Assembly (NCBI GenBank): GCA_016748015.1
Contig: JAAOMT010000703.1
Coordinates: forward strand, 866,255 to 930,254
Direction of reading: 5' to 3'
From: Geosiphon pyriformis uo1
Taxonomy: Eukaryota; Fungi; Glomeromycota
Length of the DNA: 64,000 nucleotides
Positions 39,935 to 53,519 of the stretch are shown here, one piece after another. Numbering within the stretch: the stretch's first letter is position 1; each line of letters begins with the position of its first letter. The position numbers were made by a program, and so were the translations under genes. Under the pieces are notes generated by a model. The model searched no databases, was not told the origin of the DNA, and saw only the letters and a program-made list of their open reading frames with translations.

Positions 39935-40739
39935 AATAAGGAAACTTTTATTCTATTCAGTTAAATAAACGTGGCAACGGTTATGATGATAGGATTGAGG
40001 GAAATTTTTCTAAAGAATGCAAAGAAAATGTTGGTCGAATCAAGGAAGAAAAAATTGGAAAATTTTTTGGGGCGACTTGAAAATGTTGTGCTTGCATCTA
40101 TAATATACGTTTTTCTCCTAGCTTGCCCCAAACCAGGTTTGTTTTTTTTTTGTCTATCATGTTGTGTAATGATTGCGGCAATATTGGGACTCGGAGAATT
40201 AAGTTAGTTATTATTTTCGATTTTTTATTTTATAGGAGTTCGAGAGAAAAATGTATTTCTTTTCCCATTTTTCGAGTGGAAGATTGTCTAAATAGTAGTA
40301 CACCAACATTTTATCGCGTAATATAAACACATGTTAAATAAGATTTTCAATGCAATGCCTAATATTAATGAGGTAAGTGTCCCCAAAGATTTTCTCCATG
40401 TGGGTATTGCCATGTGTCGTTGTAAAATTTGGGTCCATATTTCATCGCCTCGTTATTACCTGAACTATGATCTCAATTCAAAGATTAGAATAGGTATAAG
40501 AGGTAAACCTGGCTTTGAGCAAGAGAAAAACAACTAATGTGTATTTTTGATCGTAAAAAATGTTTTACAGCCATTACTAGACTAAATTATGCGTTGGGTC
40601 ATTTTCATGTTTTCTTTTGAAAAGTGTAAGGTTTCACAGGATGGGTGTAATTTTCAATTAAGTAAAATAACGTGATTGATTTGACTGATTTGATCGATAA
40701 AATAATTCCCGAAACATCAGACACATAAACTTTTTAAAC

Positions 40740-43700
40740 ATGGAGAAACCAGATACGGATAATGAAATAGACATTTCCACCGCTTTAACAAGTCATCACC
40801 TTGAACCACAAGCAGAATGGGAAAGTGAAGAGGACGAAAAATTTATATCAAAAAAGGTTCAGGCGGTTAATCGAAAGAAGAAAAAATCGGGTGGTTTTCA
40901 AACAATGGGTAGAATAAAAACTTTCGTCTTTAAATTTAAAGATCAAATTTTAATTTAACTTAATTTATTATATTTGTTTTTGAAAAGGCTTAAGCTATCC
41001 GGTTTACAAAGCTATATTTCATAAAGGATATAAAGTCCCAACTCCTATACAGCGTAAAACTATTCCTTTGATCATTGATGGAAGCGATGTTGTAGGAATG
41101 GCAAGAACAGGATCAGGCAAAACTGCCGCCTTTTTAATTCCAATGTTTGAAAAGCTCAAAACACATTCAGCTAAGGTAAAATATATAAACTTCCGACTGT
41201 TTATTAAATTTAGGTTCCATTATTTTATTCGATTTTCATACCTCCTTTTCTTTTGAAATTACCGACCGTAGTTTGGGGCACGCGCTATTATCCTGTCGCC
41301 ATCACGTGAACTGGCTTTACAAACGCAAAAAGTTTGCAAAGAGCTTGGGAAATATACTGATTTACGATCTTGCATCTTAGTTGGTGGTGATAGCCTTGAT
41401 GAACAATTCGCAATGATCGCCAGTAATCCTGACATGTATAAATTTGTTGCATTTTTCGATTTTTTATCTTGATTGAAACTAATTTATAGTATTGAAATTT
41501 TTAGTCTTATAGCTACTCCGGGGCGTTTGCTACATTTGATTGTGGAGATGGAATTAGAGCTCTTAACAGTCGAATATGTAGTCTTTGATGAGGCTGATCG
41601 GTAAATGACTATTTTCCCTAAATTTTTTTAGCTCTCAAAAATTATGAATTTTCTTTTTTTCTGGATATCAATTTATTCAATGATAATTTTAGATTGTTCG
41701 AAATGGGATTTTCAGTTCAATTACACGAAATTCTCCATAGATTACCTGCATCCCGACAAACATTATTATTTTCTGCAACTTTACCTAAAACATTGGCCGA
41801 TTTTGCTAAGGCAGGTCTCCAAGATCCAACACTTATAAGACTGGACGTAGATTCTAAAATCAGCCAAGATCTTGAGGTATCCTGACCGCAAATGTTGATC
41901 TACATCAAAGCTTATCTCATGCATACTAAATATTTTCATCTTGATAATGTAGATGGCCTTTTTCACTGTTAAACAGACCGAAAAGGAGGCTGGTTTACTC
42001 TTCATACTTAGTGAGGTTATTAAAGTACCGTTATCTAAAAACGCACCATCATCATCTGGTTCTACCGAAGGGAAACCGAAGGACAAAAAGAAAAATCAAA
42101 CTTTAAATCAAATGTTACCACATCAAACTATTATTTTCGTTTCCACTAAACATCACGTCGAATATATTGGCAATCTATTATCAGAGGCTGGCTACCAAAC
42201 TTCATATATCTATGGGTCATTGGATCAGTCGGCTCGTCAAATACAAATTAACAATTTTCGTGAAGGTCAAACAAATATCTTAATCGTAACCGATGTAGCT
42301 GCGCGTGGTATTGATATTCCTATTTTGGAGAATGTAATAAATTATGACTTTGTTGATAGTAGCAAGATATTTGTTCACCGTGTCGGAAGAACTGCTAGAG
42401 CAGGGAGACCTGGATGGGCGTATTCCCTATTGACCTCAGAAGAGGTATTTGAAAATCTTCTATTGAGGCTTTTATAATTTGGTAAAGTTTGACTAAAGAT
42501 TGTCCACCCCAAAACAAATATCAAGCTCCCCTATCTCCTTGATCTTCAACTTTTTCTTGGTCGTCCGCTTAAGATTCAATATGACCCCGCCTCGCCTCCG
42601 AATTACAGTTCTGACATAGTGGTCGGGCGATTTCCACAAGATTCGATAGATTCTAACCTTGAGTGGGTGAAAAGTAAACTTTATGAAGGCAGCAATTTGC
42701 AAATTTTGCAGAATGTGGCAAAAAATGGTTATAAATTGTATTCGAAATCAAGAACATCTGCAGCACCTGAAAGCTATACTAGGGCCAAAAAAGAGTTAGC
42801 GGGAGAAATTTCTGGAAACGTGCATCCTCTGTTCGGTAGATTATATCGCTTTCAAACGAGCATATTCTTCGTCATTTCTTTGTTTGCTGATTGGTTATTT
42901 CTATGCGCTAGCCAAACACGTTGATTGTAGAGAAAAAGATCGCTTGAATTTTATCAATTCGATATCCAATTTTCGGCCTAATGAGGTCAAGATTTTTTTG
43001 CTTATGAATTTGATTCCATTTAATATAACGAAAGCTTGATAAAAATTCCTTCACTTTTGCATTGCTTTAAAATTTCTCATAGACAATATTTGAAATAGGA
43101 AATAGAGGCAATAAAAAAGCTTCTGAGGCTGGACAGATAATGAAGAAACGACGTGAAAGAAAAGCCATTGCGGCCTATAAGTCCGACGGAAAACGACCAA
43201 ATCAAAATTCATCAACTTTGTCTCACCAACTTAATGATCTTTCCAAGAATGCGCTTGATTTTATGGTAAGGAACGTTAATACTACAAATGGGTAAACTAT
43301 CCAAGATAAATTTTTTAGATTATCTACAATTCATTTAAGCTTGATGACAACATCATCGATTCGATGTCCAGTGTAACGAGAAAAAGAAAAGATGAATCTG
43401 AATCTAAGGGTAAGAGCTCTTGTACAAACTCAAGCCCAATCAAGAAAGAATTTACACCATATTGATGTGAATAATTTAATACTTTAGCCAAGAAAAGGAG
43501 AAAAGAGAATTACCGTGACGATGAACATTATATTCCACATTACCAAACAGATGCCAATACAGAAAAAGGGTATAATTAATTCAGAATTATTCAATATTGA
43601 GATTAAATCCCAAACAAAATCTCACTTTATCATTTTTCGTTAGTTATTCTATGACCCAAGGATCTTCATTTGCCCAACAAGCCCAAAAAGCAATACTTGA

Positions 43701-44274
43701 CCCAAAAGGAGATGAACGCTCCACAATCTTGAGTAAGAAAAATACTCTTAGATGGGATGCGCGAAAGAAAAATTTTGTTCGAGGATTAGGAACTGGATCG
43801 GACAATAAAAAACTTATCAAGTCTGAGAGTGGTGCTAAACTCCCTGCCACATATAAAAGTGGGAGGTAAAATAATTACAATTTATCTTTATTTCTGATCA
43901 GTATTCACGTGACATCTCTTACACACAACTTTTGAAGATTCAAAGATTGGCAACATCAAAATAAACTTGAGATACCTCGCACCGGTGAAAGAGAAAACGG
44001 TACAACACAAGTTATTAACAAAAAGTTTCGACACAATAAAGTTACCCCACCAAATCCTTTAGCCAAGGATTGTCTGAAAAAATCTACAAAGACTCAAAAG
44101 AACATCCGAGAGAAAGAAACTCCCAATTATAATTCTTCCCACCCCACAAAAAACCAAATTTCCGGACCTCTCAAAAGCGAATTGAAAACACCGGATGAAA
44201 TTAGTAAACAACGAAAAATTAAACAAAAAAGGCGAGCGAAGAATGCCAGACCAAGTAAAAAATTTAAGAAATAG
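40740..44274 (+). CDS. DBP10: DEAD-box RNA helicase Dbp10/DDX54 (60S biogenesis), multi-exon
   Basis: [56 protein letters not shown]; C-terminal [24 protein letters not shown] domain; divergent from FAD2. Confidence 0.95.
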
Positions 44275-45614
44275 AGGAATTTTTGATTTGTCATGGGATA
44301 TTTTCATTGACCCTGCGCGCTCTTGGAACTAAATACTTCGAGTAAGAAACATGTTTACTTCATTCAAGTTTTATTTTTGTTGCCTCTAGGCGTTAATAAA
44401 CTTTTAAATATTTGTGATCCAATTCTCCGATATAGATATGAAAACTGTTCCTGCCAAGAATTGTCCTTGATGACATTTAAAACCAGTTAATATTAGATTT
44501 TACACTTAGCGGCACAAAATTGTACGAATGAAGTTTTTCACATTGACTTTAACCCATTTAGCACTTCCACAATCCCAATAAAACTGTGTTTACTTCAGAA
44601 ATTCGAAAAGCTTATGCTTTGTTTTGTAATCTAATATCCTAAAGAGATCGAAAGCTACTTGTCCAATTGATTCTATATTGAAATGGATAAGGTTTTCTCC
44701 ATCAATAGCTATGGCGATTAATTACTTAAAGTTCAAAATCTTATATTTTTTTAGTTTGATGAATGGTACCTTTTCATTTTCTTGTTACAAAGGTCTCGTG
44801 AGGAGGTAGTAATTATCAACTTCAAGCAAAAGCCATCCTGGATTCTTTCGCCAACAAAAATAGTGCCGATCATCCATCAGTTTCCTCTGCCTCCGCCTCT
44901 TCCTTGTCCTGCTTGTTTCCGATCGTTGTCAATTTCCCGCAAGCACGAAAAATAAATGAATTTGTAACTTGTAAATAAGCCCCTTTCTCTGTCCAAAAGA
45001 ATATAAACTCACTTTTTTGTTTCGGTTTTTGGGGAGTTTGAAATCACCGCAATTTTACGGTTGGCTGAAAGGCCTCCGTCTCAATTGATTCTCTTAAACA
45101 TTTCGCTCTTTTGGCAGCAGCATCAAATAGTCATCCCGCGCGAGTGAGAAGATTCTGTAAATTCAACATCATTATCGCTGATGAAGGAGAGAAAACCATG
45201 CAAATCCAAATACGAATTATATAATACCCTGTGTGTAAAAAAAGCTTTACACATCTGGACGACTTCCCCAACGTCGGTATCATTCCTTGGGAGATCCTCT
45301 GATGCCCATTCGCAAAAGGCATAAATATCTCCTTGGCTTGAAATAGAACATAGAATCAAACACGGCTGTTGGGAGCTTTTGCGCATGGTCCTATCAGGAA
45401 CATGTCCAGCGTACGCTTAGAGCAAGAGGAACCCTTGAATTCACGGATCCAATTACTCCTGAAACGCAGTGTTGTCAGGTGGGGTTCAAGCGAAAAATAC
45501 AAAGGAAAAGAATCTATGACTTACGCATCTTGCAAACACCTCCGCCTGTATCTTCGTCGTATATATTAATCTTCTTCAATAACAGCTGAACTTCGGTTGA
45601 AGCACTGTTAACAA

Positions 45615-45838
45615 GAGCTAGGGTACCGGGTTGGGCATAGCGAGACACTTTTATCCGTCCGGTGCGCGTGAAAATCCAAGGGAAAGTATTATTCTCGTAC
45701 CGGTCGTACTCATAGCCGCAGCAGTTCTCCAAGGTGAACAGCCTCTAGTTGATAGAACAATGTAGGTAAGGGAAGTCGGCAAAATAGATCCGTAACTTTG
45801 GGAAAAGGATTGGCTCTAAGGGTTAGGTACATAGGGGC
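45615..45838 (+). pseudogene. Isolated 28S/25S rRNA gene fragment (non-functional)
   Basis: CTCCAAGGTGAACAGCCTCTAGTTGATAG..GGTAAGGGAAGTCGGCAAAATAGATCCGTAACTT..GGATTGGCTCTAAGGG is conserved eukaryotic LSU rRNA; substitutions at conserved sites and a short deletion near 45667. Confidence 0.92.
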
Positions 45839-47169
45839 TGCCTTTCGCTTCACGGTGATTGGCGGAAGTGGCAAGCTGTCTTTTTCTGAGTGCTTCCAAA
45901 AGTGTTCCAGCAGACAGGCTTATCCGAGTCCTTTCTTCAAGGACAATAAGTCTGGCAGTTTCCTGAAGCCCGTTTACTCTGTCGTTGGAGAGGAATACGT
46001 TTCTCTCACGAAGATCCAGGATCCCCACCAAAAGGGGCAAAGGGTAGCAAAAATGTCAAATTAAAATGTGACATTTGCAGGAACGCTGGAAAGGAAAAAA
46101 CAATGGTATAAGCTGCATTTTATTGCATTGATTTCAGCAATAATATTTTTATATTCTGGAGCCTCTTCAAGAAAGTGAGAATTTTGATGGGATGGGGACT
46201 GTACAATATATAAATTTATAGTTGGTTTTAGTCTTAAGTGGAAATATTAATAATGTTATTGGCTTGTTTTTATCATTAAAATACAACTTGTAATCTAAAT
46301 AAATATTATATATTTACTTTTTAAATACTAAAAAATTTTAAATATAATAATTTGTATTTTAAAAAATCGCAACCAATTCAAAATTCAATTTAAAATATAT
46401 TAATTTATAAAAAATTTTAATAATATTATACTTAAATGTTAAAATATAAAGTTAAATTTATAAAAAAAATTACAATAATTATTTATTTTAAATAAATAAT
46501 TTAAAAATAAAACTAATAATCTAGATTAATGTTTTTTGTTAATTATAATTTGGTTAAAAAAGATTTAATTTGCTAAATTGTATTTATTTTAAGTATTAAA
46601 TCTATTATTTTCTTATAAAATATTTTTTTAAAAAAATTAACTAAATATTAATTAATTTTTTCAAAAATAAATATAAACTTTTAATAAATTATTTATATTT
46701 TTATAAATTTTAACTTTATTTATTTAAATTACATAAATTTTAATTTGAATTGTTTGAAATCTGTTTAAATTATTTGAATTTTAATCTAAATTAATTAGTT
46801 ATCTATTTTAAACTTTTATATAATTAATTAAAAATTTTATTATATTTGTAAATTAATGCAAATTATTTGTATTAATTAATATAAAAATTGAAATATTGTA
46901 TTAATAATAATTGAATAATTTATAAAATATTAATTAATATTAAAATAATAATAAAAATTATTAAATAATATTATATTAATTTTTAATTTAAATTTTAATT
47001 AATAATAATAATCAATTCAAAAAAACTTTAACCTTTTTTTTAATATTTTTTATGATTATAATTAATGTAAAAAGTAAAAAATTTGTAATTTTTTTATTTT
47101 TTAAAATAATTAATAGTATTTTTATTAATAAAATATTTGTAATTATTAAAACTATTTAATAACAATTTT

Positions 47170-47608
47170 TTTAAAATATTAAAACTGTTTTTTAATATAT
47201 TTATCAATAATTTATTAGTTATTTTAAGTTTAAACAAAAGACAATTCTCTTAACAAATTTTTTTTTTTACATTTTTTTTATTTTTTTATTTTTATAAATT
47301 ATTAAGGTAGTCTATAAACAAAATTCTTGTAAAAAATTTGACTTTTATAACAAAGTAACTATATATTTTTAGTAAGCTTCTAAACAAACAATTCTTGAAA
47401 AAGAGTTGAATTTTATTGTAAAGTAATTATACAAAGTAACTAGCACAGAATTGGTTATTTTACTTATAAGTTTAACAGTTTAAATTATAAAAAATAATTT
47501 AAAGATAAATTTACTTATCAAAGATTCAATAGCTTTTAATAATCAAAAATTAACAGCAAAACAATGTTAACAATATTCAAAAAAAAAGACCAAAAATTTT
47601 CAATAATA
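47170..47608 (+). repeat. Decayed LTR-A-like 3' half
   Basis: Colinear with ~14020-14463. Confidence 0.8.
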
Positions 47609-47619
47609 CTATATAAAAA

Positions 47620-50220
47620 AAATCATGCAAAGTTTTATTTAAAGTTTTTAAAAAAATTTATCTTATATTTTAAGTTTTTATAGATTATTATATTTTATTT
47701 TTTGCACATTTTTTTAGAAACAAAGCTAAATTGTAATTTGTAATTAATTATAAACTAAAGTATAGAAACCAAATATAAAAACTGGTTATTAAAAATGGTT
47801 TTCTTTAAAATTATATTGGCAAAAAACTTAATATTAAAATAAACTTTGAACAAATTAAGTTTAAAAAATTTATTTGTAAACAAAAAAATGTTTAGATAAT
47901 AATATAATTTTTTTTTTAATAATTACAATAAGCAATGTGTTAATAAACAAAAAAACATTGATTATACAGTAATTAATTAAAATTGTTATAATTTTGTTAA
48001 TATTAATAGATATATTATTAATTACAAAAAATTTATTAACAATATTAAGAATATATTGTATTACAGTATAACTGTTTCTAATTTAAATAATACTATTAAC
48101 AAAAATATTAGTTGTTAAATATAATATGAAACTAATTTGATTTTTAATTTAGTCTGTTTTAAATATTAGCTTAAAGTTAATATGTTAATTAAAAAATTGT
48201 TTATGCTTTTTAACTTTAAAAAAAGATCATAAAAAATTTATTATAACAAAAAAAAATTTATTCTGATTTAAACTATTATAAATTTTGTAATTATTTATAA
48301 GTTTAAAATTAATTATTACATAATTTATTTTATAATTATAAATATTATTAAAAAACTTAATAAATTTAAAATATATCTTAATTTTCTGCAAATTATTTAC
48401 TAAATAAAACTATTCTATTAAGTTATAAGTTTTGTATCTATTTTATAAAACCAGTTATAATTTACAATTTTATTTAATATATTTTTTATTATTAATTTAA
48501 TAACAAAAATAAATAACAATATAAAAGTATTTTTTAAAACAAAAAATTATTATTACAAAAAATTTTAAATTTATCATACATATCTAAAATACAATTTAAT
48601 AATATCTTTAACAAAATTTTACAAATAATTTTAACCAATACTATTAAGTAAGTATTAATTAAAACACTTTTTTATTTATAAGACTTAAAAATTATTAAAA
48701 CTTAAACATGTTTTTATTAAACAGATATTAATTTTAAAGCCAAGCAAAAATTCAGCAAATTTAGCAAACAATCTAGTATATTGTTATTATAATATTTTTA
48801 AAACTTATTTGAAATATTAGAAAACCCAATTGCTTTATTATTAAGAAGTTTATTAACAATTAACAAAAGCTTACTTAAAAAAACTCGACTTATTATTTAT
48901 AAAAGCAAAAAATATTAGTTTTTTTTAAAAATAAGAATTTTATTAATCATAATACATTTTTTGGTTTACTTTTTTATGATAGAATTAACAAATAATTTAT
49001 TATTATTAAGAATTAAAACAAACTTATTATTAATAAACAAATAATTTAAAATTATCTTATAAAAAAAAATACTTTAAAATACTATATATTATATGGTTTT
49101 TGTTAATAATAAAATTTTTTATGTATTTGGTAATTGTAGCATTAATCTTGTTAACTTTAATTTAATAAAACTCAATAAATTTTTTAATACAATAATGCTT
49201 CTTAGTTTTATGTAAAGCCAAACAAATTTTATTAAAATATTTATTTTAAATTAAATTTTAAACCAACTCAGTTTTTACAAAATTTAATTTTAATTATTTT
49301 GACACAATTTGTTGAAATTCATATCTAAAATTAACAAAAACATTTAAGAATTTTCGAAATTAAAAGTTTCAATCTAAGAAAACAGAAAAAACAAAAGTTT
49401 CTAAAATATAAAAATTAATATTTTTAAATTTAGTTTATTTAATATTATTAATATTCTTAAAATTGTATTTTTATCAATTTTTGTTAATTTGTTTTTGCAA
49501 ATTAAAAGTTATAGTATTTAACAAGTTTTTTAGTCTTACAAAAACACTTACAACTTTATAATCAATAAAAAAAAACTTTCTGTATATTCAAAATTTTATA
49601 AATTAATACTGTATTATTTAATAAAAAAAATCCAAAATAAAATTAATTGTTTTCTTAATACCATGTAAATTTTTTTAAATTGATGCTTAATAAAAAAACT
49701 ACTAAAAAAAATATTAACCAGATCTATGTTTAAATTTTTGCAAAAACTAGTATTATATTTTTTGTTGTTTTTATTAAAATTATTTTCCAAAATAATAAAT
49801 GTGTTTTTATTAAATATTTTAACAATAAATAAGTTAATAACAATAATTTAATTCATTTTTACACTAATAAATACATTTATATATAAATCCAGAATTATAA
49901 CTAATTGTTTGTTTTTAAATAATAAATAAATTAATAAAAGTTTATTAAAAATCTTAAAAACTTCGAAAATATATTTAATTAAGTAAAGATTTATTATTAT
50001 TTTAATATTAATATTCAAAAAATCTGAATTTAATTTTGAAGTAAAAACTTATATATTATTAAATTTTTTTGTAATCCAAAATTTTATACTTAAACAAAAC
50101 ATAATTTTTATAATAATTAAAATATTATTATTTAAATTCTTATGTTATTTAATAATATTTTTCTATTTAATAAAAATATTTATATCTTTAATATTATATA
50201 TCACTTTTTTTAGATTAAGC
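47620..50220 (+). mobile_element. Extremely decayed probable Gypsy pol relic
   Basis: Faint RNase H-like remnant near 49510-49600, lying between LTR-A-like repeats; barely recognisable. Confidence 0.4.
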
Positions 50221-50239
50221 TATTTATTAAAAATAATAT

Positions 50240-51000
50240 TATTAGCAAAAAATTGAGTTATTAATTAGCATAAAAATATTCTTATAATTCCTATTATTAA
50301 TTAACATATATTATTATTTTAATTTACTATTTATTATTTTATCAAATTATCTGAATTATTATTTAATTAATAACTTAATTTGTATAAAAAAAAGCTTTTT
50401 TTTTAAGAAATTTTTTTTTTTAAAATTTTATATTAAATATTTTACTTTAAAACCAACACATAATTCCTATAAATCAATTTAATAAAATTACTTTAAAAAC
50501 CCAAAATTTTAAATTATTATTATTTAAAACTATCTTTTTAAGACTAATATTTTGAAATTAATTAGCTATTAATTTTAGCAACTATTAGCAATTTTCAAGT
50601 CTGAATTTAAAATAATTTTTTTGATACATATTTTTTTTTTTTCTTTAATTTATTTATTTTTATTTTTTTTATTTTTTTTTATATTATTAAGTAGTCTACA
50701 ATCGAAATTTTTTGTAAAAAAGTTGATTTTTACAGCAAAATAACTACATATTAATTGGAGAACTTATAAACAATTTTTTTTTGCAAAAGAGTTAATTTTT
50801 ATTATAAAGTAACTACATAAATAATTAGCATAAAATTGGTTATTTTATTATAAGTCTAACAGTATATATAATCCAAAATATAGAGAAATACTTTGAAAAA
50901 AAAACTAATTTATTAGAGATTTATTAACTTCTATTAATAGCAAAATCAACAATAAAATAGTATTTATAATTATAAAAAAAAATAGAAAAATTTTTGATAA
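50240..51000 (+). repeat. Decayed LTR-A-like copy
   Basis: CTTATAATTCCTATTATTAATT matches LTR-A 5' part; 50550-51000 matches the 3' part. Confidence 0.75.
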
Positions 51001-51099
51001 AAAAAAATATTAAATTATTATTTAAACAAAAAAAATTCAATTTTGTTAAAATTAAATTAACTAATTTTTTTAAAACATTATTATTTTGTATAATGTTTT

Positions 51100-52180
51100 T
51101 TTAAGTATTTTTAGTAAAATTTAAAGTTTATTAATTAATAATAATATGTTATTATATATTTTAAAAATTTAAAAATATTTAAAACTGTTTTTATTTATTA
51201 ATTAGTTTTAATAATAAATAACAATATTAGATTTTTTTAATTAAAAAAAGTTATTATATTTTATAATATACTTAAAACTAAGTTAATTAATTTTTTTTTG
51301 GTTATATTATTTTAATTAGCAAATTAGTTTTTTAAATTTATGATTATATCTGTTTTATTTTTTAGTTTTTTAATTTTTTTAAAAATTAAGATATATAATT
51401 ATTATATTTTTTAAAATAATTTAAATATTATTGTTAATAAAATTAGTATATAAAAAAAATTATAATTAATAAAATTTTTAAAATAACATTAAAATTTAAA
51501 TTATTGATTTTTAATTATAAAATTTTTTTATTTTATTTTTTAAATTTTTGTTTAAGTTTATAATTAATTTATTAATATAAGATCTTTATATTAAAGTTAC
51601 TATTTTTTTTGTTATTATTGTAATTATTAATTTTGTTTTTAATTTTAAATTGGCTTTTGTAAAATTTTAACTAATTATATTAATTTTATTAATTAAATTT
51701 ATTATTAAACTTATTAGTATTTTGGTTTTTTTTAATTAAAAAATTTGTTAAAAATTATGTATTAAGTTTAAAAACAAGATTTTTGCAATTAAAAAAAATG
51801 TTAATTTTTTTAAATAATTTAAATAAGTCTTAAAATGAAATATAATATAAATAATAATAAAAATTCAGATTTTTTTGTAAATAAAAATTTTTTACAAAAA
51901 TAATAATATTTTAAAAATTTTAAATTCTTAATATTAAATCTAATACAAATAAAACAACTACATAATTGATTGATTTGGTTTTTAATAATAATAATTTAAT
52001 TATAATTATGCAAAAAATGACTTTTTTAAATAAGTTTGGTTTAATAATTTTAATTTAATTTAATTTTAACTAATTTAGATAATTAGTTACATATAGAAAA
52101 TACATAAGTTATATTTAATTTAAAATATTTTACAATTATATTATATTAGATAATATTTTGTTAAAGCAATAATAAAAATT
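51100..52180 (+). mobile_element. Third, extremely decayed ORF1-only retroposon (3' part)
   Basis: ORF1 C-terminal relic runs directly into a decayed LINE-type tail (ttagttacatatagaaaatacataag, ~52070-52110); no ORF2 in between. Confidence 0.55.
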
Positions 52181-53499
52181 AGTTTTTAATTATATTTATA
52201 AAAATATCAAATTATGTTAAAATTAAGTATTTTAATATTTAAAAATTTTTTAAGAAAATTAAAAACATAAAAAATAGTTTGATATATTTATTTAAAATAA
52301 TTATCAATTTAATTAATACAATAAAAACATTATAAAATATTTTAAATTTTATATTAGAATTTAATAAAATATTTAAAAAAACTTGAATAAGTAAAAATAT
52401 TTTTGTTAAAAAAGTGAAGTAATTAAAAATTTTTAAGATATTTTTCTCAAAAAATTAAATTATATATACAAAATATATAAGTTATGCTTATATTTAAATA
52501 TATGTTATAATTTGTAAATAATAATTAAATTATATTTAATTAGATTATTGTAAATAAAAATAATAAATTATTTTATTTTTAAAATTAAAATAAACAATAA
52601 ATATTGTAAGCAATTTTATTAATTACAATAAACTTAATAATATAATAAATAATAATTTTTACATAATTCTTGAATAAAATAAATCAAAATTTATTTTATT
52701 CATGTAATAAAAAATTAAAAGCAAAACATAACGCGTTAAAAGAAAATTTATTTTTCAATTAATAATTTTTATTATTAGAACAAGCAGATTGATAATAATA
52801 TAAAAAAAATTTAACCATACTCCTCTTCTCCTCTTCTCTCTCAAGTAATAAAGATTGACAAAAATTTTTTATTTGTTTACTTTGAAAATGAATTACAATA
52901 TAAATTTTAATAATCAGATAAGGTAATAGAAGAGCAACTTTTACTATATCCATTTTTAAAGTTTTTGAAATGGAATTTTAGAAGGTCAAAAAAGATGCAA
53001 CTTTTGAACTTTCCGATTTAAGTTTAAATGGTTATTTTTTATTGCTTTTCTTGAAGATTAAGATCTTGATAAAATCCAGGTTTTCAACTTCTCCACCATT
53101 GAAAGATCAAATATTGAAAATCTTTTCATTTACCTTCTGCATATTTGATTTATGATGAACATTTGTTTCATCAATTTCAGAAACCTGAAAATTTTTTGGA
53201 CATAATTTATGCCAATGGTATGTCAATGTGCTTCCATAAAGTGACTTTTTTGACGAAAACGAGAATGCTAAGTTTTTCCGAAACTGGTAACAGCCTTGAT
53301 AGGGGAAAATTGAACAAAAAATATGTGCCACGGGATCATGCAATTTTTCAGGTGGGTACAAGATATCATTTCTATTTTGAAAATTTATTTTTGCACCATT
53401 TAAAACAATTTAATGGAACTAGTCTTTGATCGGCTAATAGCCTATTCAAGGTTTCAATATTTAATTGATGATTTGATTAGATTGATAATATCATTCATT

Positions 53500-53519
53500 C
53501 CCCCCCCCCCCCCCCCCCC
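53500..53519. repeat. C20 homopolymer (G-run on minus strand)
   Basis: Directly visible, ~680 bp upstream of PPN1. Confidence 0.9.

Noticed and set aside
39971-40537. Short ORFs in the FAD2-DBP10 divergent promoter
   Set aside because: No motifs or coding bias; probably spurious.
36951-43940. Non-canonical splicing
   Set aside because: All inferred introns are GT-AG; several use AAG acceptors, which is a normal variant.
45615-45838. Functional rRNA locus or R1/R2 insertion site
   Set aside because: Only ~220 bp with lesions; no 18S/5.8S or rest of 28S, and no adjacent site-specific retroelement.
45798-46064. Ambigrammatic (narnavirus-like) ORF pair
   Set aside because: Codon-aligned opposite ORFs this short arise by chance; no RdRp motifs.
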